This document shows, one piece after another, positions 37,299-52,086 of a stretch of 64,000 nt of DNA. This stretch comes from Octopus sinensis. Taxonomy: Eukaryota. The DNA lies in NCBI RefSeq assembly GCF_006345805.1, contig NC_042997.1, positions 122,326,001 to 122,390,000 on the forward strand, given 5' to 3'. The position numbers and the translations under genes were made by a program. Position 1 is the stretch's first letter. Each line of letters begins with the position of its first letter. The notes below the pieces were generated by a model. It ran no database searches. It had not been told where the DNA came from and was given only the letters and a program-made list of their open reading frames with translations.

Positions 37299-40200
37299 CA
37301 ACGATCTTTGGCATAATTATATACTTTGATAAAAACAGCTTCCTATATCAATGAAACAATACAATGAACACAGAAATGTTGACGATAAAAGTAATTTTTA
37401 AGATGATGGTGATACAGAGGAAGACGATGACGATCGACAACCAAATTGGTCGCAATGACGACGATGGCTACTACGATGATGATGACGACGACAGTGGCAA
37501 ATGATGATGATTAAGAGACAAAACATCCCAAATTTAATACGGCAAAGTAGATGTTATTGTTGTAGGTATAGACGTATTGATTGGTAATTTCAGCGAATAA
37601 AAGATGTCTCAAAAGCAGTCCATTAAACGTAAAACAATGCCTGTAATTAGAGTTTATTTTAAGATATATTTCCAACGTTTCTGAACTACAATTAGACACT
37701 TTCACAAATATCACGTACAGCGCGGGATATCGTTTTAGTAGCATGATCACTGTTATTTTAGAACAGTTCCAAAAGTTTCCTAGAAACTATATTATTATTA
37801 TACGTATAACTTTCTACCGATAGAATATAAAATATCATTACGTTCTGATACTCTTTATCGGAATTGTGCTTCGTACATAGATATAACATAATTTCAAGAG
37901 GTTCAGTTATCGACACCAATTCCACGAAGCACACATGCACACGCACTCACACACAGAGGAATATGTATGTGCGTGAATATTTGTCACATAAAAGTCACAT
38001 ATATCAAAAATATCTGCTTAGAGTTTGAGAGAAATATCAGTTTGAAACGAATTTATAGAAAGCATTTCTACTTCTAATGCCTACTACTTCTTTAGTTTTT
38101 ACACGTAAGCCAGTGTACAATCATGCATATCTGCAGGTGTGTGTTTGAATGTATAGTGGAAAGTTTAGAAGTAATCGTGAAGCTGTCTTCAAAAGTGTTA
38201 AGATGCAGTGAAATAATTTTGATTCATAAGAGATGGCCATATGTTTCGCTCTATACAACGCATTTCAAACGCATGTGTTACTTGTTCAACTGATTGAATA
38301 AAGTACAAGGAATGGAATTGGATATTCAGGCAAAACTATTTTTAATATAGAAAATATTATGCCTTTATAATATAAAAATGAATAGACGATGAGGTTACAC
38401 TAGTAGAGGATCGTAGTGTTTCGCAGAAATACAAGGAAGAATTATAATCAGACGCAAATGGAAAGAAGATAGGAAAATGGGAAAGTATGTGTTTGAATGT
38501 AACACCAAAACAAAGTAATACAGAAGAGAAAATGTTCTTAACATTTTTCTCTTCTTAATTAATACAATAACTATAATGAGGGAAATAGGTTAGTGGTGTA
38601 TGTAATTGGGAACTTTATTCAGATTAAAAGTTAGAAAGCTCGGAAAAAAACAATTTTAGTCGGAAAGAAATAATGCATATTAATTATTCTTGATAATTGG
38701 CTGTTAATTATTTAGAAGGAATTTCTATTCTAGGACTTAGAAAGCTCTTGTGATCATACATCCCTTCTCATTTTGGTATATATTTGATCAATTAAATTAC
38801 CATCATATTAATTTGAAAATTTGTAACAAATGAAATTATTTCAGAGCCATCTGTAATAAATGAAATTATTTCAGATTTGAATGTAATATAGTTGTGAGAT
38901 ATAGACAGATAAACAGATAGAGAGACAGATAGACGAATAAACAGAATAACATAGGTAGATAGATAGACAGACAGACAGACTGATATATTGATAGATAGGA
39001 CAAGGACGTGTGAACTGAATTTGGAACGGGAAGGATCGATGATTTTAATGTGAATACCCTCTTTGACACTTCAGATCAATGTTGCTTATGCATTCTTTCA
39101 ACTATATGCATATATTTTTAGGTGTTATGAACACACAGACAGAGACATTTCCTGGTAGATCGATAGATATACATATTTCTGATTTGAAATAATTGCACTT
39201 ACCATTTCTGAAGGAAATATGAAAAACGATTTTCTTAAGAGTCATTCCTCTTAATATACACCTCATACACCATGTAACTCATTTGTTTACAGCTTACTAT
39301 GTTTTGTAGCTGTTTGACATCAGCTTTCATATAAATTATTGAGTTGCATAATTCTCACGTTGATTACTTCATTACTTCGGCTGCATAAGTGCTAGAAGTT
39401 TTAAAATTCACTCTTTGAAACATGCGATAAAAGGCAGATTGTGTTGTAATAGACATTGCTTTCGAACAGTGCATCATAGATATGAGATTACAATTTTCTG
39501 AACGGTCATATTATTTTGTAACAGTATTTCTTATAATATTATAAGGTTTTGTTGATTCAATATCTTTCCTTACTATAACCGTAAAACCACAATCATACGT
39601 TAAATATTTTACATCAACTAGTTTTTAAGCAGGGTACAAAGAAAATTGAAACCACTTGCATAAGTCAGACCATGCGTTCAAATGGATATATAATACCACA
39701 AACACACATTATTTGTAGTATATGCGATACACTGGCGATTTACATGATAGCTTTATCTAGTTATGAGTTTGCCGTGCTTTTTGAGTTTGACACAGGTACG
39801 CACGCACACCTATTGCTTTCATTAAAAAAGAGACGGTTATTTAAAATTAATAGTGATTCAGTTACATACACCGGATTATTTATTCAAATCAGCAGCAATT
39901 TGCAAAAGCAGTGACTGCATTATTCACCGTTTTCTATATCAGAGGGGGGAAATCTCGTCAAGGAATATGGCTTGCTACAAGTGCACATCATGGAACAGAT
40001 CCAACAAAGCTGAAGTTCATCTGGCTTCCTTGTTAACCGTCCCCACCCCCGGGATGGTAGTTCGTCTCCCTTCGATATTTAATAGTGTTTGTACACATAA
40101 CACTCCCACAAGACAATCTGGTCGAAAATTGCAGAGTACTGCGTGTCAGCGTTTTATATACATGAAGTACAATTCATATCACTCTTTTTCTCTTACTGCA

Positions 40201-40559
40201 TATGTATATTACACCATTTACATGCTCTCCTCCTCTGCCTCCTAAACACATTCTTTACGCTGTTTACTTATAATCTATTCCACACGTACACTTATGCCCA
40301 TACAGATTACAAATACAGCGGTACACACCCCTTTCCACTTCACACACACAAACTCCCACACTTCCACTCCCTTCAGCATACGTACAGTAGCGCGCACACA
40401 GCTCCAAATACCTACCTCCTTTGTCACTCCTATTGCACCCGACACATCCATCATGTTCGACCATATACATCCCTCGACAACACATACGTCAGATAGCCTC
40501 ACACCCACTTACAAGAGACCTTACACACATACTAACATGCATAAACGCAGAATATGTAT

Positions 40560-40970
40560 ACTCTTTTCTCTTTTACTCTTTTACTTGTTTCAGTCATTTG
40601 ACTGCGGCCATGCTGGAGCACCGCCTTTAGTCGAGTAAATCGATCCCGGGACTTATTCTTTGTAAGCCCAGTACTTAATCTATCGGTCTGTTTTGCCGAA
40701 CCGCTAGGTGACGGAGACGTAAACACACCAGCATCGGTTGTCAAGCAATGCTAGGGGGACAAACACAGACACACAAACACACGCATACATATATATGTAC
40801 ATATATACGACAGGCTTCTTTCAGTTTCCGTCTACCAAATCCACTCACAAGGCATTGGTCGGCCCAGGGCTATAGCAGAAGACACTTGCCCAAGATGCCA
40901 CGCAGCGGGACTGAACCCGGAACCATGTGGTTGGTTAGCAAGCTACTTACCACACGGCCACTCCTGCGCC
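40560..40970 (-). mobile_element. Well-preserved tRNA-derived SINE
   Basis: Minus-strand head ggcgcaggagtggccgtgtggtaag...ccgggttcagtcccgc (A/B boxes); body matches the copies at 7370, 19365 and 27600. Confidence 0.88.
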
Positions 40971-41345
40971 TACGTTCATATTAACTTCATATACACACAC
41001 TTTATCCAGCAGCTCCATACTCACAGGTCAACTGATACCAGAGACATGCCCACTTGCTCACATGCAAGGGCATGTCTCCTTTGCTACTACGCCACGGGCT
41101 ACTTCCTTCCTAGCACTCTGTTTAACATGTAGCATTGTTATTCAGAAACGTTTTTTCTCTCCATTTGCTTCTTTCTCCCTCTGCTTTTTGTCCTTGTTTC
41201 TTTCTGTAGACTTGTTACATTCCCTTGAGCATCAAACTAGTATACCTTTTTTTGTTGTTGTTACGTCACCTGTCTCTGCTCTTCGTATACTTTTGAAGCA
41301 CACACACTTTATTGCCCCACAGAACTATTAAAAATAATAATAATA

Positions 41346-41594
41346 AATGGGCACTTTTAAAGCCTAGCCAGGCTCATGGGCTCGGTTTCCCGGTTTCAAT
41401 GGCGTGTGTGTGCCCCAGCTGGACGGGACGCTAGTCCATTGCAGCGTTACTCATTTTTGCCAGCTGAGTGGATTGGAGCAACGTGAAATGAAGTGTTTTT
41501 CTCAAGAATACAACGCGTCGCCCGGTCCAGAAATCGAAACCACAATCTTACTATCACGATGCTGACACCCTAACCACTAAGCCACGCGCCTCCA
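41346..41594 (-). mobile_element. tRNA-derived SINE, second family
   Basis: Minus-strand head gtggaggcgcgtggcttagtggttaggg...ggtttcgatttc; (TTA)n-like tail at 41329-41345. Confidence 0.75.
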
Positions 41595-42273
41595 CATCAT
41601 ACACCTATTAGTTTTTGAAAATTAGGAGCGTTAGAATTATTCTTTTAATCACCCTTAATGAAAACGTTCTTACTGTGTTCGGCCTAAATGTAAGAGTATC
41701 AAATGCCAGAATATTCACTGATTCTTTCAATGAAGATATGTTCCCTGTGCTTCATATTTACTTTGCGTCACAAGAATAGTGGCTTACATTTTGCTCTCTA
41801 CCAATGACTGGCTAAATCCAATTTTTCTGTCATTTCACGGCTTCAAAAATTCCCTGTATCCTTACTTGCAGGATGCTGCTGATCTCAACTTTATATTCTA
41901 ATGTACAATTGTATCAGATCGAGTACTCACAAATCGTGATGGCAGTCACTTCCTATGAAACCGTTGTTCAAGAGAAATGTCCTTATATACCTTTCAGGAT
42001 TTGTATGGACATGAGATATTTGCCAAAAATAAACTGGGGATAGACAATTTCTTTAATCGCCACAGATTCGAACAATATCACCATACATAGTTTAGTCAAG
42101 ATATTGCTTTTCAGGCTGATTGGTTGTATGTTGGTTATTTCTTATAATTGAAACAATTTATAATATTGCCATGCCAGTAACACATAACCTAATACACCGT
42201 ACCTCGTCTAAACACTGCAAAATAAATCTTTCCAACGTTCTAAATGACTTCACAGCCCCAGCCACAACCGATT

Positions 42274-42320
<47 letters not shown>

Positions 42321-43451
42321 GGTTGATATAACGTATTGGAATTTTACGTTTCTTTCTTTTCTTATCTAGCTTGAAGCCAAAGAAAAAATAGAAACAAAAT
42401 GCAGCTGGCCAGGTCTCTCACAACCAAGCATCAACATACGCTTACACGAAAACAAATTAGTAAAGACTCATTCATGGTGAATATCGCCTCAGAACATATT
42501 GAAATTGCTTTTACACGCTATTAACTAATTAAAGTTAATTACAATGCAGTAACATCCTTTAGGTCAGATCAATACAAACCTAGTTTTGAGATTTAAATAT
42601 TTTGAAACAGATAATTTCTATTATTTTCTTTGAAGATTAACACCCATACGGTCCTTCAGTCTGGGTGTTTAATCATTAGCTTCAGTAAAATTATAATGGA
42701 TGGAATTGATGCGAAACAAATATTTAAATAAACTAATATCTATAACGGCTAAAAAATAAAAGAATCATGACTATAGCGCATGATATAGTTATCATAGTGT
42801 TTTGTTTCCTTTAGTAAATTAGATACCCTTATGACTTTAAACAAGTTACATTAATTGACAGTGAAAAGCTACAAATATTCTAAGCGAATTGAAAAAAATC
42901 TGCATTTATATGGTTTGTGATGATAATTTAGTCGTACACTGATTAGTTTGTGAACAAACAATTTCACCAGCAATAAAGATTCGTGTACATGACTTCTTTA
43001 ATCCGTTGTAAGTAAGACTATTGTTTGAACAGTGAGCTATTTCTATTAAAGATAAATATACAGAAGTAGTAAAAGTGCTTTGCTGACACTCATGTACTTA
43101 TATGCATCTCTGACTATGTATGTATGTATGTAGGCAGGTATGTGTGTGGTATTTTCTATGTTTGCATTTATGTTCGTTGCTCTTGATCTAAGCAATATAT
43201 CTTCTAACTCTCTCAGTCATTAGACCACGGTCATACTGCGACACCGCCTTGAAGAATTTTCAGTCGAATGAGTAAACAATAGTACTTATTTTTTTATAAA
43301 GCCCGGTTGTCAAGTGGCTGTGGAGGACAAACACTTTGGTCGACCTGAAACAATAGCAGAAGGCACGTTCTCAAGGAACTACGCAGTGGAACTCAACCAA
43401 CGACCGTGTAGTTGGGAAGCAAGATCCTTACCACACAATCGTCCCTGTCTG

Positions 43452-43541
<90 letters not shown>

Positions 43542-43552
43542 TGTGTGTGTGC

Positions 43553-43745
43553 GTGGAGGCGCAATGGCCCAGCGGTTAGGGCAGCGGACTCGCGGTCGTA
43601 GGAACGCTGTTTCGATTCACAGACCGGGCGTTGTGAGTGTTTATTGAGTGAAAACACGTGAAGCTCCACGACTCTCCGGCAGGGGGGGTGCAATCTCTGC
43701 TGTACACTTTCACCGCAACTTTCTCTCACTCTTTCTTCTGTTGGA
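43553..43745 (+). mobile_element. tRNA-derived SINE, third family
   Basis: gcgtggaggcgcaatggcccagcggttagggcagcggactc...gtttcgattc tRNA-like head. Confidence 0.7.
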
Positions 43746-43754
43746 CTGCTCGCT

Positions 43755-43805
<51 letters not shown>

Positions 43806-44459
43806 AGCATGCATAATGAATATTAATGGATCCTTCCGTAGATATGGAATATACATTCTCATTTAATATTTAACGCACATGATTACGTTTCAGATTATTC
43901 CAGATTATAAACTATGCGTAAAACATCACGCTATCTGCTTAAATGAACGTTAGAGAACGGACATTAAAGAATGAAATGAACACAAAATGGAAGACAGAGA
44001 TGAAACAATTTAAAACATTGTCCTTCAGGTTAAAATTGATATTCTACTCAACAACACACTTAATTCCTTATATTATTTCTTTCGAACAATAGCTAAGATA
44101 TATCTCGAGGAAAATTTACTAATTGTATTCACTTCAATGGAATTGAAAAATAATCAGTATTGAATTCATTTCATTGTTATGTATTTATTAATTCTTTCCA
44201 TAAGGTGATAAATATCGTCTCCTTCAGTTCATGCTTAAAATAACATGAATAATTACTTTGAGAATAAGAAGAGAAAAATCTATGTTTTCTGTAGAGAAAT
44301 TGATTGTATTTAAATAAAATATCAACTGGTTTCTCTCCTCCTTTTGTTTGAAAATTACTTTTTCCTATAAAGCATAATTGAAGTTAAGATATCCTGAGTG
44401 AAATAAATCAAAAGTATTTCAATATGGCAAAAGTTAATATATATATGCGTCGTATGTTT

Positions 44460-44540
44460 GTATAGATTATATATGTATAAACACACATAGATACATATAT
44501 ATATATATACATACATATATACATATATACATACACACAT

Positions 44541-44571
<31 letters not shown>

Positions 44572-44894
44572 CATACATATACATACATACATATATATAT
44601 ACATATATACATACATATATATACATATATACATACATATATACACATATATATATACATATATATATACATGCATATATATATATACATATATATATAC
44701 ATGCATATATATATATATACATACATATACATACATATATACATACACACATATACATACGTACATATATATATATACATACATATATACATATATTATA
44801 CATGCATATATATATATATACATACATATACATACATATATACATACACACATATACATACGTACATATATATATATACATACATATATACATA

Positions 44895-44925
<31 letters not shown>

Positions 44926-45030
44926 ATATTCATATATATATATATATACATATATACACATACATATATATACATATATACACATACATATATATACATA
45001 TATACACACACACACTCACACTCACCATAT
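44460..45030. repeat. Long compound (AT)/(ATAC)/(AC) microsatellite with an internal ~100-bp duplication
   Basis: Direct inspection; the catgcatata...cgtacata block occurs twice (~44700 and ~44801). Confidence 0.9.
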
Positions 45031-46242
45031 ATTAAGACTGAATTATTTTACTCACACATCTGGGAATGAAAAAAATTCATGTTTTGGTGAAGAAATTACG
45101 AAGATAGTTTTTGCTTTCCCAGAATATACGCCATACCTATAAGTCATTGCATAATACCAATATGTATTTGCCGGAAACACGAAAATCGCATTACGCTCTC
45201 ATATGTATATGCAAAATGATCTTATAAGTTTTTGTTGTCGAATATGAATTGAAGAAATGAAGCGGAAATTCCATTTTAGAAACCCACTTTTTATCATTCA
45301 TCGGACTTTGCTTTTCTGTACAATTCGACAAATGACAGCTAAGAACGGCTTCGAAATTTTCTATAGCAAATTTTAATTGTAAGTATCTGTTTGTTTTCTT
45401 TTATTTCATGAGACACTGCGTAATGGAGAAAGAATCCGAAATTAAATATAACAGTTGTTTGCTGTTGTAAGGAGCTATAATAACTGTCATGATGTCACTA
45501 CTTCAGTTTTAAAAAGCCTTTTGAGATGATAACCCAAATTCAAATCTACGTTGTGAAATGTTTTTCTAGTGGAGCGCAATTTAGTGATCCTTTACATTAT
45601 AAAGATGCATTGAGGAACCTTCTTTCATCATCTTCCTCTAGAACTGTTTCAGATATCTGAAAGTCATGCAATTTGCATACAACTATTCTTCCAATTTTCA
45701 TGTATCAGCAACCATACGATTCAGGAAGCACTTACTGGTATATAAGGAAACCTGCAGTATCATTTGGCTGCAGCTCGTCGCCTCTTTATACACGGAAGAT
45801 CTACTATTGCGCTTTTCAGTGCAATATCTATAAAGGGTAGCGCGAGTATGAGCCAATCTCATACGAATTTCTTATCAAAATGTTCTCGTTTAAATGATAT
45901 TTAACGTACCTGAAATGTGCAAAACACTCTCTGTGAAGTCGCTCTTGCCGCGTTTGTTGATCTGAGACCAGGCGTCTTAATTGATATCTTTCTAATCTTT
46001 ACAATCAGATTCTCTACAATTTTAGAGCGACCGGCATTCCTTAAGATGATAATTCATTAAAAAATGAAGAAAGCATTGTTGGGCTTTGGTGGTTCATATA
46101 TAAATATATGATGAGTAAAGCACCGGCACAGTTTCGATTACCTGTTGTTATACGTAGATTTATTGCAGGAACTTCGTAGTGGCGGTTTGGGTAACAGTAT
46201 TAATAAAATAGGAGATGGAACGTGTAATAGACTTTATTGGGC

Positions 46243-46284
46243 ACAACACATATTTCGACCCATTCTGGGTTTCTTCAGGTACAG
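46243..46284 (-). ncRNA. Degenerate minimal hammerhead-like motif
   Basis: Minus strand: CTGAAGA a accca-gaa-tgggt c GAAA tatgt; stems I and III are decayed. Confidence 0.35.
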
Positions 46285-46648
46285 CAATGAAAACCTCGCC
46301 AGAGATTTCTTGCGTCGGTTTACGTAGCGGTATATGTCCATCAAATTCGAGAATGAGTAAAATCAGAAAAAAATTATTGAAACGCAAGAAGTTCAAATAT
46401 TAACGTGAAAAGTAGACATTCTAGCTTAGAGAAAATGAGGTAATCAGCTTTCGCTATTGTAAGTGTTAACAGAAAGAAAAGGGAGTAGAAGTTGAAAGGA
46501 AGATAATACTTGGAAGAATCTTTTTTTTTTCGTGCTTAAACGCATATATACATACACAGATATATATGCACATATACATATGAACTCACACACGCACATC
46601 CAAGTATATGGGCATATACATACAACTAGATACATATGTGTGTGTGTA

Positions 46649-46711
<63 letters not shown>

Positions 46712-48230
46712 GTGTATATGTGTGTGTGTGTATGTAAAATATGCGTGTGTGAGACAAAGTCGGATAGATAAGAGAGTGTGAGACATCAGGCATAGACTTA
46801 ATGATACACTTTTTTACCCTCCGTTTCCTTCATGCAATATACACGTACGTATTACATAGTGCATAGTTTAAACTGTTGTGAATATCACTGTTGAAGACAA
46901 GACAACTCGATGAAAAAGGGCAAGCTAAATATACTCTCAAGTAGTAGATTTCGAGCTAAAATAAAACCAATCTGTGCTGAGCTGTAGGCATCAAATTGCA
47001 AATTCTGCACGATGTACAGTAGATTTCACGGTTGTTTATATTTATCTATTGGTTCTGGAGGAAGTTTCAGTTTATTGGGAGAAGCTTTTGTCATTCCTTT
47101 CTCGAAATATCCATTTCGAATAATATGTACTCATACAGACATGGGAATAGGCAAACAGCTACAACAGAAATAAACGTTATGGAAATGGTAACGTTCTACA
47201 TATTAGACACAAATTCGATAAAGATCACACAAATTTTGAATGGTGAATTGAACAACTTGGATTAATTAAGATTAGAAGAAGAAAAGTAGCCCCAAGGGTA
47301 TTTAAAACCTTGAAGCAACAAATGAAATATACAAGCCCAATAAAATCAATTTATTGACAATTTCGAAAACGGAAAATGCAATGCGGTGGAGATGCTTGCT
47401 GTCGGTAAGCAAGGTGGCAAATACAACAGATATATTTCGGCTTTAGAAGACCTCAGTGGAAGATATTCCACTCAGATGGAAAGAATAAAAATCACACACA
47501 CATATACACACACAGATTTACATTTGTCGCGAAACTGTGGCCCAATGATGAGGAAAAAAACTCACAGGTGAGGGTAATGCACTGTAAATACAAATTCCTG
47601 AATATATATATACACGCACAGGAATAAAGGGAGAGAGAGAAAGAGAGTCACACACACGCAGACGTAAATGTAAAAATGTATGAACACTATATTTGTAATC
47701 ACTTTTGCTTCATTGTAACCTATATACATGAAAGTTTAGAATGCATGCTGTTTTAAAATCTATCCTGTATTGAAGCTACATTAATGTGTCCCCTTCCCGA
47801 GAGCCAAAATTTCATTTTCCGTTTCAAAAACGAACTGCTGTCACATTTAATTATGCTACTCTCCCGGCAATAATTTATTTTTCTTTTTGCTTTTTTTATT
47901 ACTGTGTTTCTTGTTACCCGGTTTTCATCTACCTTTCATTTTATTTGTAGAATTTTTATATTCAGTTGGGATAAAATTATTTTCTTCGTGAACATTTTCC
48001 CTAAGAATAGAACTCTTATTTGATATGTGAATATTTCGTGTCTGTTGTATATCAAATTAAAGAAAACGGAAAGAAGCCAATCGTAATAAAAGGTAAAATA
48101 GAAAAAGCAAGGAGACGTGCAACTTAGCCTACTTGCAACAATAGAAACTAATGATTCAGGTAACAAAATATTCTGTTATGTACAGGCATTAGGCGTACTA
48201 ATATATTCATTTCAGTTGTCATTATATATA

Positions 48231-48325
<95 letters not shown>

Positions 48326-48375
48326 TAGTCGAACACTGAAATGAGTGCTCAACACCGCATTGGTGTATATATAAT

Positions 48376-48630
48376 TTCTTTACTTGGGAATTAAGGCTTC
48401 CATTGGTTCAATGTCTGGAAAAGTAGAAAAATATCCTAGTGTCTTCAAACTTTTTCAAGCTGATGACATGGATAATGTTGTTCGCCTCCATTTTGGAGAA
48501 CAGAGACTGTTTTCCAAAATGGAGGCGAACACATTTTTTATATAATCGGCTTGAAAAATTGTTAAGACACTAGGATATTCTCCTACTTTTCCAGACATGA
48601 AAACAATTGTAACTTTAATTCAAAAATAAA

Positions 48631-48633
<3 letters not shown>
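48376..48633. mobile_element. ~258-bp foldback (almost fully palindromic) MITE-like element
   Basis: Arms pair from ttcttta/taaagaa inwards to a 25-bp near-perfect stem around a 3-nt loop at 48504-48506; TA-rich flanks. Confidence 0.75.
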
Positions 48634-48693
<60 letters not shown>

Positions 48694-48702
48694 TAGAGAT
48701 AG

Positions 48703-48797
<95 letters not shown>

Positions 48798-49144
48798 TAT
48801 TTCGCTCACATGCATACACACACGTTTACATGTCTCTCATTCCTACTCGTGGAGTCTGGGTAATTTGGCTACAGTCATCTTGGATCTCCACCTTTTAGTC
48901 GAATGGATCTTTTCTATGACCTACTGATTTTAAAGCAGGGTATATATTTTATTGGTGTCGATTGCCTAATAGCTCGGTTACAGGCTTCTTTCACTTCCCA
49001 TCGACCAAATTAACCCAGAATGGTTCAGTCGGTCCGAGCAAGACACTTGCCGGAGAAACCACGCAGTGGGACTGAAGTTGGAAACATGTTGCGAAGCAAA
49101 TTTTTTACCACACAGCCACACCTGCTATCTCTCTCTCTCTCTCT

Positions 49145-49244
<100 letters not shown>

Positions 49245-49420
49245 GTATATAAGCGAAATACCTAGTTGCAAAATCTCAAGATGAGATGAGATTAGGAACT
49301 ATACTAACAAGTAAAGTTAACCGCCACATTAATGTGACTGTTCTAACTTTCTGCTTGTATGACCTCAGACAGACCTTCCGCCTCCTGGTTATCGGGGCAG
49401 CACTGCACCCTGTACATACT

Positions 49421-49676
49421 TATTGCCAGCAGGAGAGCTAACCCCTGCCATCCTCCAGCAGCCGACGTACTGCGAGGCCGTTTCGGTTTCGAGCTAGTTT
49501 GCTCATCGTCAGTCACGAACACCACTCCAATGTATTGTTAGCAGGAATGGACTGACTATTTCTCTGGCCACCAGGTGTTCGCGACTGGGGATGAACAAGC
49601 TAGCTCGAAACTGAATCGCTTTCGCCATCATGTCATCTCCTGGAGGATGGTAGGTGTTCGCTCCCTGCTGGCAATA
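49421..49676. repeat. Diverged inverted pair (49421-49523 / 49574-49676), each arm carrying a mutated hammerhead
   Basis: Minus 49472-49516: gtga CTGACGA t gagc-aaacta-gctc GAAA ccg-aaa-cgg c c tcgc. Plus 49581-49625: gcga CTGGGGA t gaac-aagcta-gctc GAAA. Confidence 0.7.
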
Positions 49677-49695
49677 ATACGTTTCACTCACTCAC

Positions 49696-49730
<35 letters not shown>

Positions 49731-49744
49731 TATATATATATATA

Positions 49745-50263
49745 TCTATATATATAAAACTGTACTTGTGCGAGTGTCTGTCCCCTTCGATTTAGATTCC
49801 TAACTACTCCCACATTTTGCGGTGCAGTTTAACCAAATTCGGGTATCTTATAGTCGTGATTAATATCGAGCCCGTCTAGCTATTAGCGCGCGTCTACGAT
49901 GAGGCTACGATTTTAAAAATAAGTTAACATCATTTTTTATTCCATTTTAATGCATAATATTTCGTGTGTCGATGGCGGTGGAGTTGGCGTCCACGCTCAA
50001 ACACCTGCACCTGTGTTTGCATATCCCCCTTCTTCCCTCCCTCGTGAAGCTGTGGGGAAGGGAGTGTAAGCAAAAAAAAACGTCGTAAAGCATTGTCAAG
50101 GAGACCAGCGTTCTTTTAGAACAACGAGTTCATGGCTTGAAGACACCAAAACAGAAATGGCTAAGAAAGCCCGAATTGGCATCTATAAGGGAAGTAACTC
50201 TCTAAAAATGCTTATATAGTTATTTCCCTTACACACCCGAGCAACGCCGGGCGATACTGCTAG
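49745..50263 (+). mobile_element. Non-autonomous Helitron
   Basis: 5' TC preceded by A; 3' hairpin cccg-agcaacgc-cggg then CTAG followed by T; inserted in (AT)n with no TSD. Confidence 0.85.
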
Positions 50264-50317
<54 letters not shown>

Positions 50318-52053
50318 GATGTTTTAATCGTTTCAGTCATTGGAGTGCAGTCATTGAATAGATTTTTGTCGAAATAATGGACCCCAAGAATCCATCAAGA
50401 TCAACGGTCTGAATCACCAAACTCTATGAAGAGTGTAACTGCAACGCATCCAAAGGGGCAGTGTCTACGGTTGTGTATTCAGCTAATGAAAGATTCATTA
50501 TGACTGAAGCTCCCATTTAAAATATAATTCAATAGAGTGGCAATGGAGATTCACAGGAATCCAATGGGTTTTTTTCAGTTTCCGTCTAATGTATCTAATC
50601 ACACGGCTTCGGTCAGTCCGGAGCTATAATAGACACTTGCCCAAAGTGCCATGCAGTGAAACTGAACACTAGGCCACATAATTGGAAAGTAAGCTTCTTA
50701 TTTACACATATACTTGATTTTTGTAAAGAGATAGTTTCCTTTGTGTTTAATCGCAAAACACAGAAACGAGAATCGACTCTAGCTGAATTGTACATGTCTC
50801 AACATTACATCACAACGAAAGTTGTTTTAAAATACTTACCAGTATTGCTATATAGCTGCATGAAAGGCGGCCTGTTTTAAACTGGCGCTGCCGAATTCGA
50901 CACGCCAGTAGCTGACTGTACTAAATCTGCAATGAAGAACTCAAAATTTATAACCGGTGACGAGTCAAAAATTTGAGATCTCAAGAAGCTGATAAGAATC
51001 CCCGAATAAAACCTTTCTTGCAAAAATTGGAAAGAGTTAAAAAAAAGTATTGAACGTAGATATGTTTTGGGAGAAATTACAGTGTTTAGTTTGGCTACGA
51101 GTTACAATTATTATTGCATTTTCATCGGAAGACGAAAATGTTACGTGTTAAATCAATTTTGAAGAATGCTTGCTAAAAGCTTTACGGAAAACTTAGTGAT
51201 GATTTTAGCATGTAGGAAATGGTTGGAAGGGTTCAAATATCAACTTCTTTTTTGATTACCAACTGTTTATTTAAAAGAAAAAAAAATATATGACAAATTT
51301 TCTTTCACTAAATTTCTCATGTCAAGAGTGATGTTGATGAAGGAAATCAACGCCCATTTTGAAGCCAACAGGTTACCGTAAAGAATTTATCATTATAACA
51401 TGATGTAGTGAGGTGTAATCTTCCTCTGAATATGAAGCAAGGACTATGAAAATATATATGCCTTTGATAAAAGGTTGGGTCACCAATGCTGGGTCACCGT
51501 TAATGCAGTTCTCTGACGGTTTCACTGCAGTCAGGTTCACACACGGAAACTTTTTATACCAAACACTTGGAATATAAAAGCATCCTGCTGCGATGATAGT
51601 AAGGACACTTACAGGCTTATTCTGCTGTCAGTGGAAAGTTACATAGGTATACGCAGGAGAGTCTGGATACAAAGCGCTTCCTTTCCCATTGCTTCCGTAG
51701 CACAAAGTACAACATGAGCAGTACTTTACAATGGTGAACACAAAAGGGTTAGATATGATGGTCGAAATAAAGCTTGCCTATTTCTGGAAGTGGCAAGCAT
51801 AATTAAGATTACGCTTCTTTATTCTTGCCAAATCCTTCCCTTATATGCCAAAAAATTTACAATTTTCCAAGTAGTGGTCATACTCACAAATGTGATAGTT
51901 TCTACAACACACTGGCTTGATATATGTGTGTGCGTGCGTGCACGCATAAGTTCTCAGACAAATATATATAGATATCCGCAGTAGTATACACACGCATATA
52001 TATTTATGTACAGACACATAAATCTATAAATGCAAGTGTATGAATATATATAT

Positions 52054-52086
<33 letters not shown>

